A DNA stretch of 64,000 nucleotides, taken from positions 6,530 to 70,529 of IMG/VR virus record IMGVR_UViG_3300031965_000015; one strand, given 5' to 3'. This stretch comes from a virus (Duplodnaviria; Caudoviricetes). Every line of letters begins with the position of its first letter. Position 1 is the first letter of the stretch. This document shows, piece after piece, positions 46,080 through 55,379 of this stretch. The notes beneath the pieces are model-generated. The model had not been told where the DNA came from, did no database searches, and saw only the letters and a program-made list of their open reading frames with translations. A program made the position numbers and the translations under genes.

Positions 46080-47150
46080 TTATTTCTTTACCTTTGGATT
46101 GGTGAAAATAGTATTCTTCTCCCCGTACAAATCACCTCTGTAAGCATTGGCATCTACTAAGTCCTGCCCTTCTTCTATTGTTATTTCATCTTTGCTTACC
46201 GCATCATATACTTTCTGTAAGTAGGTTTGGTCGGATATTTGTTCGTGTCCTTTAATATTATCTTCAAACCATATTTTAGCATTTGGAAGAAGCGTAGATA
46301 AGAATTGATTTTTTGCTCTATCAAAATCTTGGTTTATCTCTGATTCAGATTTCGGGTCTTTATATCTTCCTTCGCTGTCTATACCAAAGATATATTTTGC
46401 TTTGGCATCTGATATTACTTTACCGAATTCTTTCCACTTTTCGGGTTTGGGCATATCAATTTTTACTGTTGTCTTCCCTTCATTCGGATCGTAAGCAATC
46501 TTTGTATCTTCCCATTGACCGTTTTGTTTGTTGTAAGTCCAGTAAGTTTTAGTTGCTGAGTTTTTTACGCTTCCTTCAATATCAAAAGGTTTTGTTTTTT
46601 CTCCCGCTTCCTGGATTACTTTTTCATTTCCTAAATCATCACGTTCTACATATCTCTTGAGTGGATCACGTTCTGATACTGTTGTTTTAGGTGGCTTTAA
46701 TCTATTAGCATTACTCTGAAGTTGATTCCCTAATACGTTAATTCTCCCTGCATCAATATGCTCTGATGGATTCATTATCTGGTCTATTGTGAAATCATTC
46801 CCTATATCTTCTGACTTGTTTAATCTTTCCTGCCGGGGAATATAATCTCCTAATACTTCATCGGTTATTCCCTGTGTGCTTTCTATATCTGGAGGAGTAA
46901 ATTCATTCTTAGGACCCATCATCGTTGATAGAACGTTTCCCTGCCCTTCTTGAAATGTAGATGGCTCAAGCTGGGTGTTGGCTATTGTGTTCTGTTTGTT
47001 CTTTGCAGATTTATAAGCGGAATATAATGAGTTAAAGTATTCCTTCTGCTCTTCCTTCCTTTGCTTTTCTTTTAACAATTCAAAGATTGGAGAGAGTGAC
47101 CCCGATAGTCCGCCAGTTCTTTGCTTCGCTCTATAATATTCACCTGCCAT
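46080..47150 (-). CDS. Putative ejection/internal virion protein
   Basis: Position between pilot-like and giant proteins; low-complexity, helical. Confidence 0.6.
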   Translation of the reverse strand: MAGEYYRAKQRTGGLSGSLSPIFELLKEKQRKEEQKEYFNSLYSAYKSAKNKQNTIANTQLEPSTFQEGQGNVLSTMMGPKNEFTPPDIESTQGITDEVLGDYIPRQERLNKSEDIGNDFTIDQIMNPSEHIDAGRINVLGNQLQSNANRLKPPKTTVSERDPLKRYVERDDLGNEKVIQEAGEKTKPFDIEGSVKNSATKTYWTYNKQNGQWEDTKIAYDPNEGKTTVKIDMPKPEKWKEFGKVISDAKAKYIFGIDSEGRYKDPKSESEINQDFDRAKNQFLSTLLPNAKIWFEDNIKGHEQISDQTYLQKVYDAVSKDEITIEEGQDLVDANAYRGDLYGEKNTIFTNPKVKK

Positions 47151-47152
47151 AA

Positions 47153-47989
47153 TTAAACCTCTTTGAATTCAATCCCTGTTAAAGAGTAATCAACATATTT
47201 AACCCCCCCAAATTCTATTACTGCGTTAGGTATAATCTTTTCTACTTCCTGTGCGACTACACCTCTATATCTTTTTGGTGAACCGATATAATTAAATTCA
47301 TAAATATTAAATCCGTTTTCAGTTCCTACCTTATTAATATTTTCTTTAAGTCTGATATCCGACCCTATGGCCGCTCCCGCAAGTTTTGATCCACCGCCTA
47401 TAAGTGTGCCTATCCCTGGTATAAGCCCCGCTATATCTCCGATACCACTAAAGAGGTCTTCCAAAAACCCCGGGGCCTGATCCTTCTGCATCTGGAGATA
47501 TTGGTTTTTGAAATCTATATCTGAAAGCAATCCAAGTTGTTTCAGTTCGTTAAAGAAGTTCTGCATATCAACGTTGCTTGCTGCTCCTGTTGTAGCGAAT
47601 TTTCTATCATTCGCATTTCCCATCAAACCAAGTTTGCCTTTTGCTTTGCTTGTCTTGAGTTGTCCAAGTGCATTCAGTTTATTTTTATTTATTTCGGTTG
47701 TCCCGCCTGATATTATTTCGTTTAAAGGCGATCCGCCTGTTATGCCCTGACTCGCTAATCGAGAGGTTGTACCTTTCCCAAAATCCGCAATGTCCTCTTT
47801 TGCACTTCTGTTTATTTCTCCTTCGTAATTCCCGAATATTTCATCAAGGAAAGATGATTGATCTTCATAAGAAAATTCATCTTCGTAATTATCAAAGCGG
47901 TTCTCTATTGTGGGATCGAGGTTTGATACTTTGTTATAGGGACTATTTTTAGTCGCTTCTTTTATCCATTCTCCCAGATTTAATGCCAT
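47153..47989 (-). CDS. Pilot/ejection-like protein with C-terminal peptidase S74 (intramolecular chaperone) domain
   Basis: G/A-rich helix followed by SDIRLKENI...YEFNY...RGVVAQEVEKIIPNAV...VDYS. Confidence 0.8.
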   Translation of the reverse strand: MALNLGEWIKEATKNSPYNKVSNLDPTIENRFDNYEDEFSYEDQSSFLDEIFGNYEGEINRSAKEDIADFGKGTTSRLASQGITGGSPLNEIISGGTTEINKNKLNALGQLKTSKAKGKLGLMGNANDRKFATTGAASNVDMQNFFNELKQLGLLSDIDFKNQYLQMQKDQAPGFLEDLFSGIGDIAGLIPGIGTLIGGGSKLAGAAIGSDIRLKENINKVGTENGFNIYEFNYIGSPKRYRGVVAQEVEKIIPNAVIEFGGVKYVDYSLTGIEFKEV

Positions 47990-48005
47990 CTTAATTTCTC
48001 CTTAT

Positions 48006-48254
48006 TTAAATTTCTTCCCAATAGATAATATCGTCTATTGCGTTTTTTTTCTGTATCATATACACACCGTTAATCTTTTCTGTCAATGTAAATGTTCCGT
48101 CTGCTTGTCTTATCTTAAACTTTGCTCCTTCTGGAACTGTGCTAATCTGTGGAAGCTGTGTTACTATTTTTCCTGTTAATGATTCAATAACTTTATATAG
48201 TTCATCTATTTCTTGTTCAAGTCCCGAAAGTTGATATTTTCCTTTTCGTGCCAT
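48006..48254 (-). CDS. Hypothetical virion protein
   Basis: ORF track. Confidence 0.55.
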   Translation of the reverse strand: MARKGKYQLSGLEQEIDELYKVIESLTGKIVTQLPQISTVPEGAKFKIRQADGTFTLTEKINGVYMIQKKNAIDDIIYWEEI

Positions 48255-48602
48255 TTAATTGTGTTTGCCTAATATTACTGGTTTCGTTAAAATCCTAAAA
48301 AGAGAAATTTCACAAGTATCATTTACACTTCCTGATAGTTGGGGATAGAAGTCAATGCAGGTAATTCCGTTTGGTAATTTTCTGAATATCCTTCTTTTAT
48401 TTTTATCCAATGTTATTGCCGGTGTTTGTTCCCATTCCATTTCATTAGTTCTTTTGTAAAATATTATTACTGATAAATTAGTATCTATGTTATATACGCA
48501 TTCTAAAAATCCTAAGTTTATCCTTTCTAACTTTTGAAATTCTTCCCTGCTTTGAAATTCAGCAAAGTTAATTTGTATAGAAATCGGGTTACCATTATCC
48601 AT
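48255..48602 (-). CDS. Hypothetical virion protein
   Basis: ORF track. Confidence 0.55.
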   Translation of the reverse strand: MDNGNPISIQINFAEFQSREEFQKLERINLGFLECVYNIDTNLSVIIFYKRTNEMEWEQTPAITLDKNKRRIFRKLPNGITCIDFYPQLSGSVNDTCEISLFRILTKPVILGKHN

Positions 48603-49134
48603 TCTTTTCTTCTATCTCGGTATAAGGCTTATCTCTTTTAGGAATATCTTTTGTTTCTTCAAGATGAACGTGAAGATTGTTTTCTAAATTATAACCACCA
48701 AACTTTTTTATGTATTCACTTATTTGTGTCCCAAAAGCATCTGAATTATCCTTGCCTGCAAGAAACTGGTTCACCCCCCCAAAACCTTTCAAGTGTGCCC
48801 CTGCAACTAAACCTGATTCTGTTATTAAAATATTATTAACGGTTGTGCCAATATATTTACCGTAATTTTGTTTTGCTCTTTTTAATAAGTCTGCAATGTG
48901 ATTCTTAAATATCTCGTCTTGTAACTCAGGGCTTTTAAGAAACGTTGTTTCGGCAATCATCTTTTTGGCTTCCCTATTCTTAGGTTTCCATCCATTTATA
49001 GAATATCCCAAATCCCATAAACGTGGTTTGCCAAATTGCCACCTACCAAGAAAACCAAGAGTATTTTTTATATTATATTTATTCCCTGATTCTCTTGCAC
49101 CCAAATCATTTGCGAAATCATTAAAATTTTTCAT
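48595..49134 (-). CDS. Lysozyme-fold muralytic enzyme (endolysin / lytic transglycosylase)
   Basis: LGARESG...LGRWQFG...AGAHLKGFGGV. Confidence 0.75.
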   Translation of the reverse strand: MKNFNDFANDLGARESGNKYNIKNTLGFLGRWQFGKPRLWDLGYSINGWKPKNREAKKMIAETTFLKSPELQDEIFKNHIADLLKRAKQNYGKYIGTTVNNILITESGLVAGAHLKGFGGVNQFLAGKDNSDAFGTQISEYIKKFGGYNLENNLHVHLEETKDIPKRDKPYTEIEEKNG

Positions 49135-49135
49135 T

Positions 49136-49978
49136 CTATGCTACCTTATTACTTTTCTTAAAATTATCTACTCCCCATAACGGTTGTAGGTTAGTATAAT
49201 GGAACGCTTTCTTTTGTTCTTCAAGATTAAATAAATTAAAATAATCTAATGGCAAGATATGGTCTATTGTCCATTTGTCTTTACCGAATCCATAATTGCT
49301 CCAATTCATACCTTCGGTAAATTGTAATTCAAGATGTATTTTTAATTGGTCTATAGAACAGCCAACCAAGTTTATTACGTTTGTATATTTTATTCCCTTT
49401 TTTAATCTCACAATAATTTTGTAGAACCTATGCCTTAAAGAATTTTTTAGTTTTGATTTTGTGGGCATATTCTTTCTCCATCGTTTTCTCGTCTTTCTTA
49501 TTTTGTCTATATTACTGACTCTCCACAAAGCATTCTTTGTTTTCCATTCCTCAGTAGAACGTTTCTTTTTATTATGGGCGGCTATTTTCCCTTTATTCGC
49601 TTCATAATATTTTGCCCATTTTTCTTTAATCTTATCTGGATGTCTCAGGGCATATTTCTTTGTGTCTCTGAGCCCAATTTCTTTAGACTTTTTACGTTTT
49701 TTACATACTTTACATCCCCCAGTTCTCCCAGACCCAGTTGTTACCTTAAAAAACTCGTCTAAAGGCTTAACCTTTCCACAAATCTTACAAATTTTATGAC
49801 TATCATCAACAAAGTAACATTTCCCACAAGATTTGACTATCCCCCTTTTAAGATTATTCAGCATTACCACCTTCTCCCCTCCGCAATCACATTTACACAA
49901 AACTTTCTTAGATGTTTGCCCACAGGGTGACTTATGCCCCTTTACTTCTTTAAGTATGGTTAATTTATAATATTTCAT
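49136..49978 (-). CDS. HNH-type endonuclease (mosaic)
   Basis: CKCDCG..KSCG; KICKICGKVKPLDEF; MNWSNYG..WTIDHILPL..HYTNLQPLW. Confidence 0.8.
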   Translation of the reverse strand: MKYYKLTILKEVKGHKSPCGQTSKKVLCKCDCGGEKVVMLNNLKRGIVKSCGKCYFVDDSHKICKICGKVKPLDEFFKVTTGSGRTGGCKVCKKRKKSKEIGLRDTKKYALRHPDKIKEKWAKYYEANKGKIAAHNKKKRSTEEWKTKNALWRVSNIDKIRKTRKRWRKNMPTKSKLKNSLRHRFYKIIVRLKKGIKYTNVINLVGCSIDQLKIHLELQFTEGMNWSNYGFGKDKWTIDHILPLDYFNLFNLEEQKKAFHYTNLQPLWGVDNFKKSNKVA

Positions 49979-50050
49979 AATCTGATCTTAAAAGGAAAAT
50001 TACTTAGAAAATATTTACGGTCTATTTTCATTTAATTTTATCTCTTAAAA

Positions 50051-50233
50051 TTATCCACTATCCTCAGAAGGAAATCCAATTAAAGAAAAATTATTTTTAT
50101 TACCTTTTAGTGTCACACTACCCACAATCTCAAATGGTATCCCTTGTATGTTTACCATAAGTTTATGTATGCTTATTACTTCTCTTGTTACTGTACCCTC
50201 ATCATATACCAGTTTTTCTTTTTTTTTCTTCAT
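50051..50233 (-). CDS. Hypothetical protein
   Basis: ORF track. Confidence 0.5.
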   Translation of the reverse strand: MKKKKEKLVYDEGTVTREVISIHKLMVNIQGIPFEIVGSVTLKGNKNNFSLIGFPSEDSG

Positions 50234-50242
50234 TATATACCT

Positions 50243-50611
50243 TCACTTCACCAATATGAATATTATAGTTGACACAATTAACCCCGATATAAAACCAAAA
50301 TAGAATGTATCATAAAATGGCTTTACTAAGGATTCTATTCTTTGCTCCTGCAAAGTCTTTAGCCTATTCCATTCTAATTCTTTTCTTTCATAATCAGAGA
50401 TTATATCATCGTTGAGTCTTACTTCCTCACTAAGAAGTTTAACGCCTTCCCTCTTATATTTCAGTTCTGTTAATAGTGTACTAATTAGATATAGTTCTAA
50501 CCGGTTGAACGAATCTTGATGTATCTGCCCGTCCCAACTCATTGAGTCTTGCCCGGATAATTGTATAGTAAACACTATCATCAGAAGTACTGTCAATTTT
50601 AGATAGTTCAT
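50243..50611 (-). CDS. Spanin-like partner (signal peptide, coiled coil, C-terminal TM)
   Basis: ATG at 50611; overlaps the upstream ORF by 131 nt in a different frame. Confidence 0.5.
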   Translation of the reverse strand: MNYLKLTVLLMIVFTIQLSGQDSMSWDGQIHQDSFNRLELYLISTLLTELKYKREGVKLLSEEVRLNDDIISDYERKELEWNRLKTLQEQRIESLVKPFYDTFYFGFISGLIVSTIIFILVK

Positions 50612-50834
50612 AAATGTAATTGTTATAGTTTTTTTCTTGTAGTTCACGGATAATTTTTACCGTGTCTGCTTTTAATTTCTGGAAGTTAGTTATGCTGTCA
50701 AGTTTAGAGATTATTTCTTTTTTGCTCTTATCATATTCTGATTTAGTCAACGATTCTTCGGACTTAAAGAATGAATTGTAAATCAATAAAACCAGTATAA
50801 TTAAGCATATAATAAAAAGAAAATTGTCTTTCAC
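50481..50834 (-). CDS. i-spanin (Rz)-like protein
   Basis: GTG start at 50834; N-terminal TM plus coiled coil. Confidence 0.5.
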   Translation of the reverse strand: MKDNFLFIICLIILVLLIYNSFFKSEESLTKSEYDKSKKEIISKLDSITNFQKLKADTVKIIRELQEKNYNNYIYELSKIDSTSDDSVYYTIIRARLNELGRADTSRFVQPVRTISN

Positions 50835-51163
50835 ACAACCACCGATAAAATTATGACTATATAAGTTACCCAACTTAGTATCTCGATCGGATAGTATAGG
50901 TCATTCATTCCGCCTTCTTTTTTATGTACCAGTTTGTCCATTAAAAAGTGAAGGTTCATAAAAGGAATTAATAAAACCCAGTATGAATAATGAGCAAATA
51001 AATAAAACTTTGTGTAGTCTCTTTCTTTTTTTGTTATTGTCTGATACCAGATTTCAATATCAGGTGACCAACTTAGAATGAAAGCCGTAGCAATAAATAT
51101 CCAGTTAGGATATATTAAGTATGCCACGATTGAACCTGCTGCAGAATGATTCAAACTTGTCAT
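50831..51163 (-). CDS. Membrane metal-dependent hydrolase (YdjM/DUF457-like)
   Basis: H...G, SPD, H, HFLMD pattern within TM helices. Confidence 0.55.
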   Translation of the reverse strand: MTSLNHSAAGSIVAYLIYPNWIFIATAFILSWSPDIEIWYQTITKKERDYTKFYLFAHYSYWVLLIPFMNLHFLMDKLVHKKEGGMNDLYYPIEILSWVTYIVIILSVVV

Positions 51164-51378
51164 TGTTCTTTCTTCGTGAGCATCTCTGTTTTCTTATCAG
51201 AACCACGACTTGAACCAAAGAAATAACCCACTACTGTAGCGAATGAACCGATTAAAGCCCCCACTTCTAACTGTACATCTTGACCCTTTGTAATTTTATA
51301 AATGATAACTGCAAAGAATCCCGATACGACTATACCGGCAAGGATATACATATAGATTTCTTTTGTTTTATCCTGCAT
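51160..51378 (-). CDS. Holin-like 2-TM protein
   Basis: VGYFFGSSRGSDKK. Confidence 0.65.
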   Translation of the reverse strand: MQDKTKEIYMYILAGIVVSGFFAVIIYKITKGQDVQLEVGALIGSFATVVGYFFGSSRGSDKKTEMLTKKEQ

Positions 51379-51470
51379 TTTTTTCTCCTGTTAAATAAAT
51401 AATAAAATTGCCAGTAAGGCAATTAGTAATAAAGTATAAATTTCATTAACTGTATTTTGTTTCTTGGCGG

Positions 51471-51695
51471 TCATTGACTGCCTCCTGCTTTTACTACTTC
51501 AGTATCTATCTTCTTATTTTCTTTCCATTCTTTTAACCATTCGGCATTGTCAGGAACGGCTTCACGATAATCTAAGTACCTGTCAAAAAAGAAATATCCT
51601 GCTACTATAAACAGGACACAAAAAACAAAGATTGTCTTTGCTCTTAACGAAAGGTCTGCTACAATCTGCCATATACCTGAAAGAAATTTCATCAA
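51471..51695 (-). CDS. Membrane protein
   Basis: One TM segment. Confidence 0.55.
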   Translation of the reverse strand: MMKFLSGIWQIVADLSLRAKTIFVFCVLFIVAGYFFFDRYLDYREAVPDNAEWLKEWKENKKIDTEVVKAGGSQ

Positions 51696-51865
51696 TCACC
51701 ATTCTTAATTTTAGTACCGACCTTTCCAAAGTAGAATGATAAAACACTGACAAAGCAAATCTTAAAGACTTCTTCCTTTGTCACTACATACAATACTCCT
51801 GTTAATACTATCGAGATTATGTAGAGTATGTGTATGGGTTCGAGTTTGTCTCTGAGATTTCCCAA
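51692..51865 (-). CDS. Holin-like 2-TM peptide (57 aa, TTG start; not in ORF track)
   Basis: IHILYIISIVLTGVLYVV...CFVSVLSFYFGK. Confidence 0.5.
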   Translation of the reverse strand: MGNLRDKLEPIHILYIISIVLTGVLYVVTKEEVFKICFVSVLSFYFGKVGTKIKNGD

Positions 51866-51867
51866 TA

Positions 51868-52308
51868 CTATTTATCATTAAGTTTACTGAATTTATCTTC
51901 ATATTTTTTATCGAGCTTATCTATTTTATCATCTATAAGCAATACCATAAAAAAGAAGACTATACCGCCAATAATAAGTGCTAATGAAGTACCAAGTGCA
52001 ATCCCTACATCATTGCCGAGCCAGTCATATCTGTACATTCCTTCTTGCTTCGTCCAATGTCCTAAGAGTGCAGTAGCACCAATTATCAGCATCAGTACAC
52101 CACCTAACTGGCATAACTGATAAACAAATGCACCGTATCTGTTTTTGAATACGCCCCTTAAAAGGGGAACAATATATTTAACTATCATTTTATATCTTCC
52201 TTTAATACTTGATATTCCAAACATACCTGCTCCTATCATTATTCCTTGATGTTGGAATAAAAGATAAAGAGCATAGGCTAATAAAAATGTGCTTAGTGTT
52301 GATATCAA
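51868..52308 (-). CDS. 3-TM membrane protein with coiled-coil tail
   Basis: Hydrophobicity. Confidence 0.6.
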   Translation of the reverse strand: MISTLSTFLLAYALYLLFQHQGIMIGAGMFGISSIKGRYKMIVKYIVPLLRGVFKNRYGAFVYQLCQLGGVLMLIIGATALLGHWTKQEGMYRYDWLGNDVGIALGTSLALIIGGIVFFFMVLLIDDKIDKLDKKYEDKFSKLNDK

Positions 52309-52661
52309 ACCTTATCCTTTAACAAATATTTTATTGTAGGATGTAAAACAGCCAGGATTAATAATCCTATTTGTCCATAAGAAAGAATCATTGCATTGTC
52401 GTGATCGGCTTCTGTTCCTTTATAATTAATATAAATAGCAATTAACCCTACAATACGATATATAATTAAATAAAAAGATATAACTTTTATATAAGGACTA
52501 TCAGTTAGTTTCCAAACTAATATTGCAATCAATAAACCTTGAAGCATTAACGACAAATCGCTTACTAACCATCCCGTGTTTTCTGGTACTAAAGCAACAA
52601 ACCAAGTTGGAATAAATATGACAATGCTAAGTATGAAAATATTTCTAATTGTACTTTGCAT
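52305..52661 (-). CDS. 4-TM membrane protein
   Basis: Hydrophobicity. Confidence 0.6.
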   Translation of the reverse strand: MQSTIRNIFILSIVIFIPTWFVALVPENTGWLVSDLSLMLQGLLIAILVWKLTDSPYIKVISFYLIIYRIVGLIAIYINYKGTEADHDNAMILSYGQIGLLILAVLHPTIKYLLKDKV

Positions 52662-52846
52662 TATACGTGAGGTATTGGTTTAGGTCTTTTTACCATCTTC
52701 TCTGTAATGTACTCAAGCCAATCCCCGGCTTCTGATTCTGATAAATCTTCAATATCATTATTAGCTTCTTCGGGATTGTCTAAGCTCTCGTTGAGTATCT
52801 CCTCAATAGAGACTTTTATTGCTAATGCTTTTTCACAGTTTGTCAT
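52661..52846 (-). CDS. Acidic hypothetical protein
   Basis: ORF track. Confidence 0.55.
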   Translation of the reverse strand: MTNCEKALAIKVSIEEILNESLDNPEEANNDIEDLSESEAGDWLEYITEKMVKRPKPIPHV

Positions 52847-52851
52847 TTTAA

Positions 52852-53247
52852 CTATCCTTTCTTTAATAATTTATAAATTGTCGGCAATGGCATAGGTAAA
52901 AAATAATAATATTCATGGTTAGCTACTCTAAAAATTACGTGCAAAAACCAATTCCTTATATACCAAAATACATAAATTGATAAAGCCCCATCAAGTAAGA
53001 TATTATTAAAAGGAGTTAATAAGAATAAAAATTCGGCTCTTGCGATAAACATTCCGTAAATCAGTACGACTACAAAAGCATTGTAGATAACGTGAAAGGA
53101 GTCACCTACTTTTGTTAGAATATTATTCTGATCAGTTTGCCAGAACATAAACTTCCTGAACCATTCAGCTTGCCAGTCTCCCCTGTTAATAAGTAGTTCA
53201 CAATGATTCCAAGCTGATAGAATTGCAGCTAAAATTATTAGTATCAT
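52852..53247 (-). CDS. Membrane protein
   Basis: Hydrophobicity. Confidence 0.55.
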   Translation of the reverse strand: MILIILAAILSAWNHCELLINRGDWQAEWFRKFMFWQTDQNNILTKVGDSFHVIYNAFVVVLIYGMFIARAEFLFLLTPFNNILLDGALSIYVFWYIRNWFLHVIFRVANHEYYYFLPMPLPTIYKLLKKG

Positions 53248-53432
53248 TGACTTTCTAATTCCTCTATTTCTTTGTGAATTTTATTTATTGCCTTCATTAG
53301 TTCATTAAGTAAATCAGTATCAAAATTACCATTAACCTTTTTACCAACTTCCGGGTTATAACCAATCCGTGATGCGGTCTTTTCAAGATCGTTTAACAAG
53401 TCACGTAAATACTCTTTATATCTTAAAGTCAT
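53244..53432 (-). CDS. Hypothetical protein
   Basis: ORF track. Confidence 0.55.
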   Translation of the reverse strand: MTLRYKEYLRDLLNDLEKTASRIGYNPEVGKKVNGNFDTDLLNELMKAINKIHKEIEELESQ

Positions 53433-53613
53433 TTATACTCCTTATTTGAACCAAAAAATGTTTTTTATCACGAAATAAGCAATTATACCCAAGATAATTA
53501 CTATAACTATTGCTATGATTAAATATTTCATTCTTTATCCTTACTTACTCTGTACTGGTATATCATTACAGATAGACCAGCGAATAAGAATAAAATTATT
53601 TGCACGGTTAAGC

Positions 53614-53847
53614 TCATTTCTTTTTCAGTTCCTTTATCCTTTTTCCTTTCTCCTCTCTCATAGCATAAAGCAGTTTTAACCTTTGTTCAATCTCATATCC
53701 TGCTGATTGAAGTTTAGTTATGTCGGCTTCATTTTGCTGATACTCTTTAATCTCTTTTTGGTAGAGACTATCTCTGCTTAAAAGGCTGTCCTGTGCATTA
53801 ACAGTTATAAATAAAAATGGTATTATGAATAAAAGTTTTTTAATCAT
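53614..53847 (-). CDS. Secreted coiled-coil protein (SPI, Gln at +1); position resembles a fibre chaperone
   Basis: MIKKLLFIIPFLFITVNA|QD. Confidence 0.6.
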   Translation of the reverse strand: MIKKLLFIIPFLFITVNAQDSLLSRDSLYQKEIKEYQQNEADITKLQSAGYEIEQRLKLLYAMREEKGKRIKELKKK

Positions 53848-55171
53848 TTGTGGCTTTCGCTTGTACGTAATAAACTGTTCCGTTTACTCTCACTGCAATG
53901 GTTACATCAGGTAAAGTTAAAGTTGTACTGCTAACAATCCCTGTCCCTTCTGTATAAAAACTTGGGATAGTATTACCTGCGGATAAATCGGTTGAATAAT
54001 ATACTACCGTATTAGCCCCCCCTGTACGGGATGCATTAACGGCATCAAAGCCAGAACCAATAATACGATAAATCCCGAATGAACCCCCGCTTCCTAAATT
54101 AACATAATCAACCCCAACATCGAGTATTACATTGTTGTCATTAGCCAATCCTACTCCTCCGCCACCCGCTATAAAATAGTTGTTGCCATAACTAAGTTTT
54201 GACCCGGAAGCATTGCTTAAGGTTAAAGACTCATTATCTGTATCACCATAAATGAGATCAAAATATCCTCTATCCCATCTGAATGTTGAAGAACCCACTT
54301 CATTATCAGCAACTTGAGCCGTATCTGGGACAACACTCCCTGTAAAAAAAACATTTTTTAATCTTGCATTCAATCCACTGCTGGAACCAAAATGGATTTC
54401 GTCTTGGGCATTTATTCTAAGTATCTCCTGACCCGAACCTGCGACACTCCAACCATATATATAACCTGTATTGTTAGTATTGAAACCAAGTGCTGTCGTA
54501 TCGTCAATGTTTATGCTATTTATCCCATATTGGGGTGCAGTAAATCTAATCCAGGTACTATTGTCTCTCTTTTGGATGTTAAAATTATCAGCCGATATAT
54601 TAACAGTAACGTCAGACGTATCTCTGTAAACAAGCCACGAAATTGGTCTAATACCCACTGCTCCGGTTGAGTCAATAAACTCAACATACCCCTCAATAAG
54701 TGTTTTCTCCTGGAAGTAATTATTCTCCATTGAAATATAATGTTTAACCTCATCCCCATTCGAGTCGTCTATATTATATCCCCACTTGGTAATAAAATTT
54801 CTTGAACCATCTACCGAATTATCAAACTCCTGCGTTCTCATAAGTATATTAGCCGTACCTGTTGTATGCTTTGGGGATACTTTCCATATATCAACAGCAT
54901 CCCCTATAGTCCCCGTAGAATAATATATGCCATCAAATGGAGATGAGGCACTTGCATCTCCCAAGTCAAGGTTCTCATCATCTGCAAGAGACTGACTTAC
55001 CCTGTTAAGATAATCATTAGTGTTAAGTATTGAAGGAGTAAGCGAATCTACTTTAGCTAAAAGAGAATCTATCTGCCCGCTTCTGTAATTTAGTGTGTCT
55101 GAACTCTGAGCCAATAAATAAAACGGCATCAGAATTATAAACAAAATAAGTTTCTTCATTTTTATCCTCAT
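53840..55171 (-). CDS. Tail fibre/spike-like beta-rich protein with signal peptide
   Basis: MKKLILFIILMPFYLLA|QS; G/S/N-rich; C-terminal IAVRVNGTVYYV. Confidence 0.65.
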   Translation of the reverse strand: MRIKMKKLILFIILMPFYLLAQSSDTLNYRSGQIDSLLAKVDSLTPSILNTNDYLNRVSQSLADDENLDLGDASASSPFDGIYYSTGTIGDAVDIWKVSPKHTTGTANILMRTQEFDNSVDGSRNFITKWGYNIDDSNGDEVKHYISMENNYFQEKTLIEGYVEFIDSTGAVGIRPISWLVYRDTSDVTVNISADNFNIQKRDNSTWIRFTAPQYGINSINIDDTTALGFNTNNTGYIYGWSVAGSGQEILRINAQDEIHFGSSSGLNARLKNVFFTGSVVPDTAQVADNEVGSSTFRWDRGYFDLIYGDTDNESLTLSNASGSKLSYGNNYFIAGGGGVGLANDNNVILDVGVDYVNLGSGGSFGIYRIIGSGFDAVNASRTGGANTVVYYSTDLSAGNTIPSFYTEGTGIVSSTTLTLPDVTIAVRVNGTVYYVQAKATND

Positions 55172-55379
55172 TAAAAGAAATTGGTACTAATAAAATTTTA
55201 CCTTCTAAATCGTAAAGAGTATCATAATCAGGTGCTGTTTCTAAAAGAGTATTGAAACCGTCAGGTGGAGTAAAATGATACGGTTCATCCCAAAACCACC
55301 CAGGCAAGAAAGGATTATCTTTATCCTGTGCAAATGATATAGACGTTAAACAAATGAATATTAAAAGTATTTTTTTCAT
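55053..55379 (-). CDS. Secreted protein (SPI, Gln at +1)
   Basis: MKKILLIFICLTSISFA|QD. Confidence 0.6.
   Translation of the reverse strand: MKKILLIFICLTSISFAQDKDNPFLPGWFWDEPYHFTPPDGFNTLLETAPDYDTLYDLEGKILLVPISFNEDKNEETYFVYNSDAVLFIGSEFRHTKLQKRADRFSFS

Noticed and set aside
35452-47952. Numerous plus-strand ORFs (and alternative-frame minus ORFs) overlapping the large genes
   Set aside because: Shadow ORFs antisense to strongly supported genes, with no RBS or motifs. The same applies to those within portal, terL and the tail genes.
53600-53617. GCACGGTTAAGC resembling an attC arm
   Set aside because: An isolated short match in the opposite orientation with no partner; explained by the start of a small ORF.
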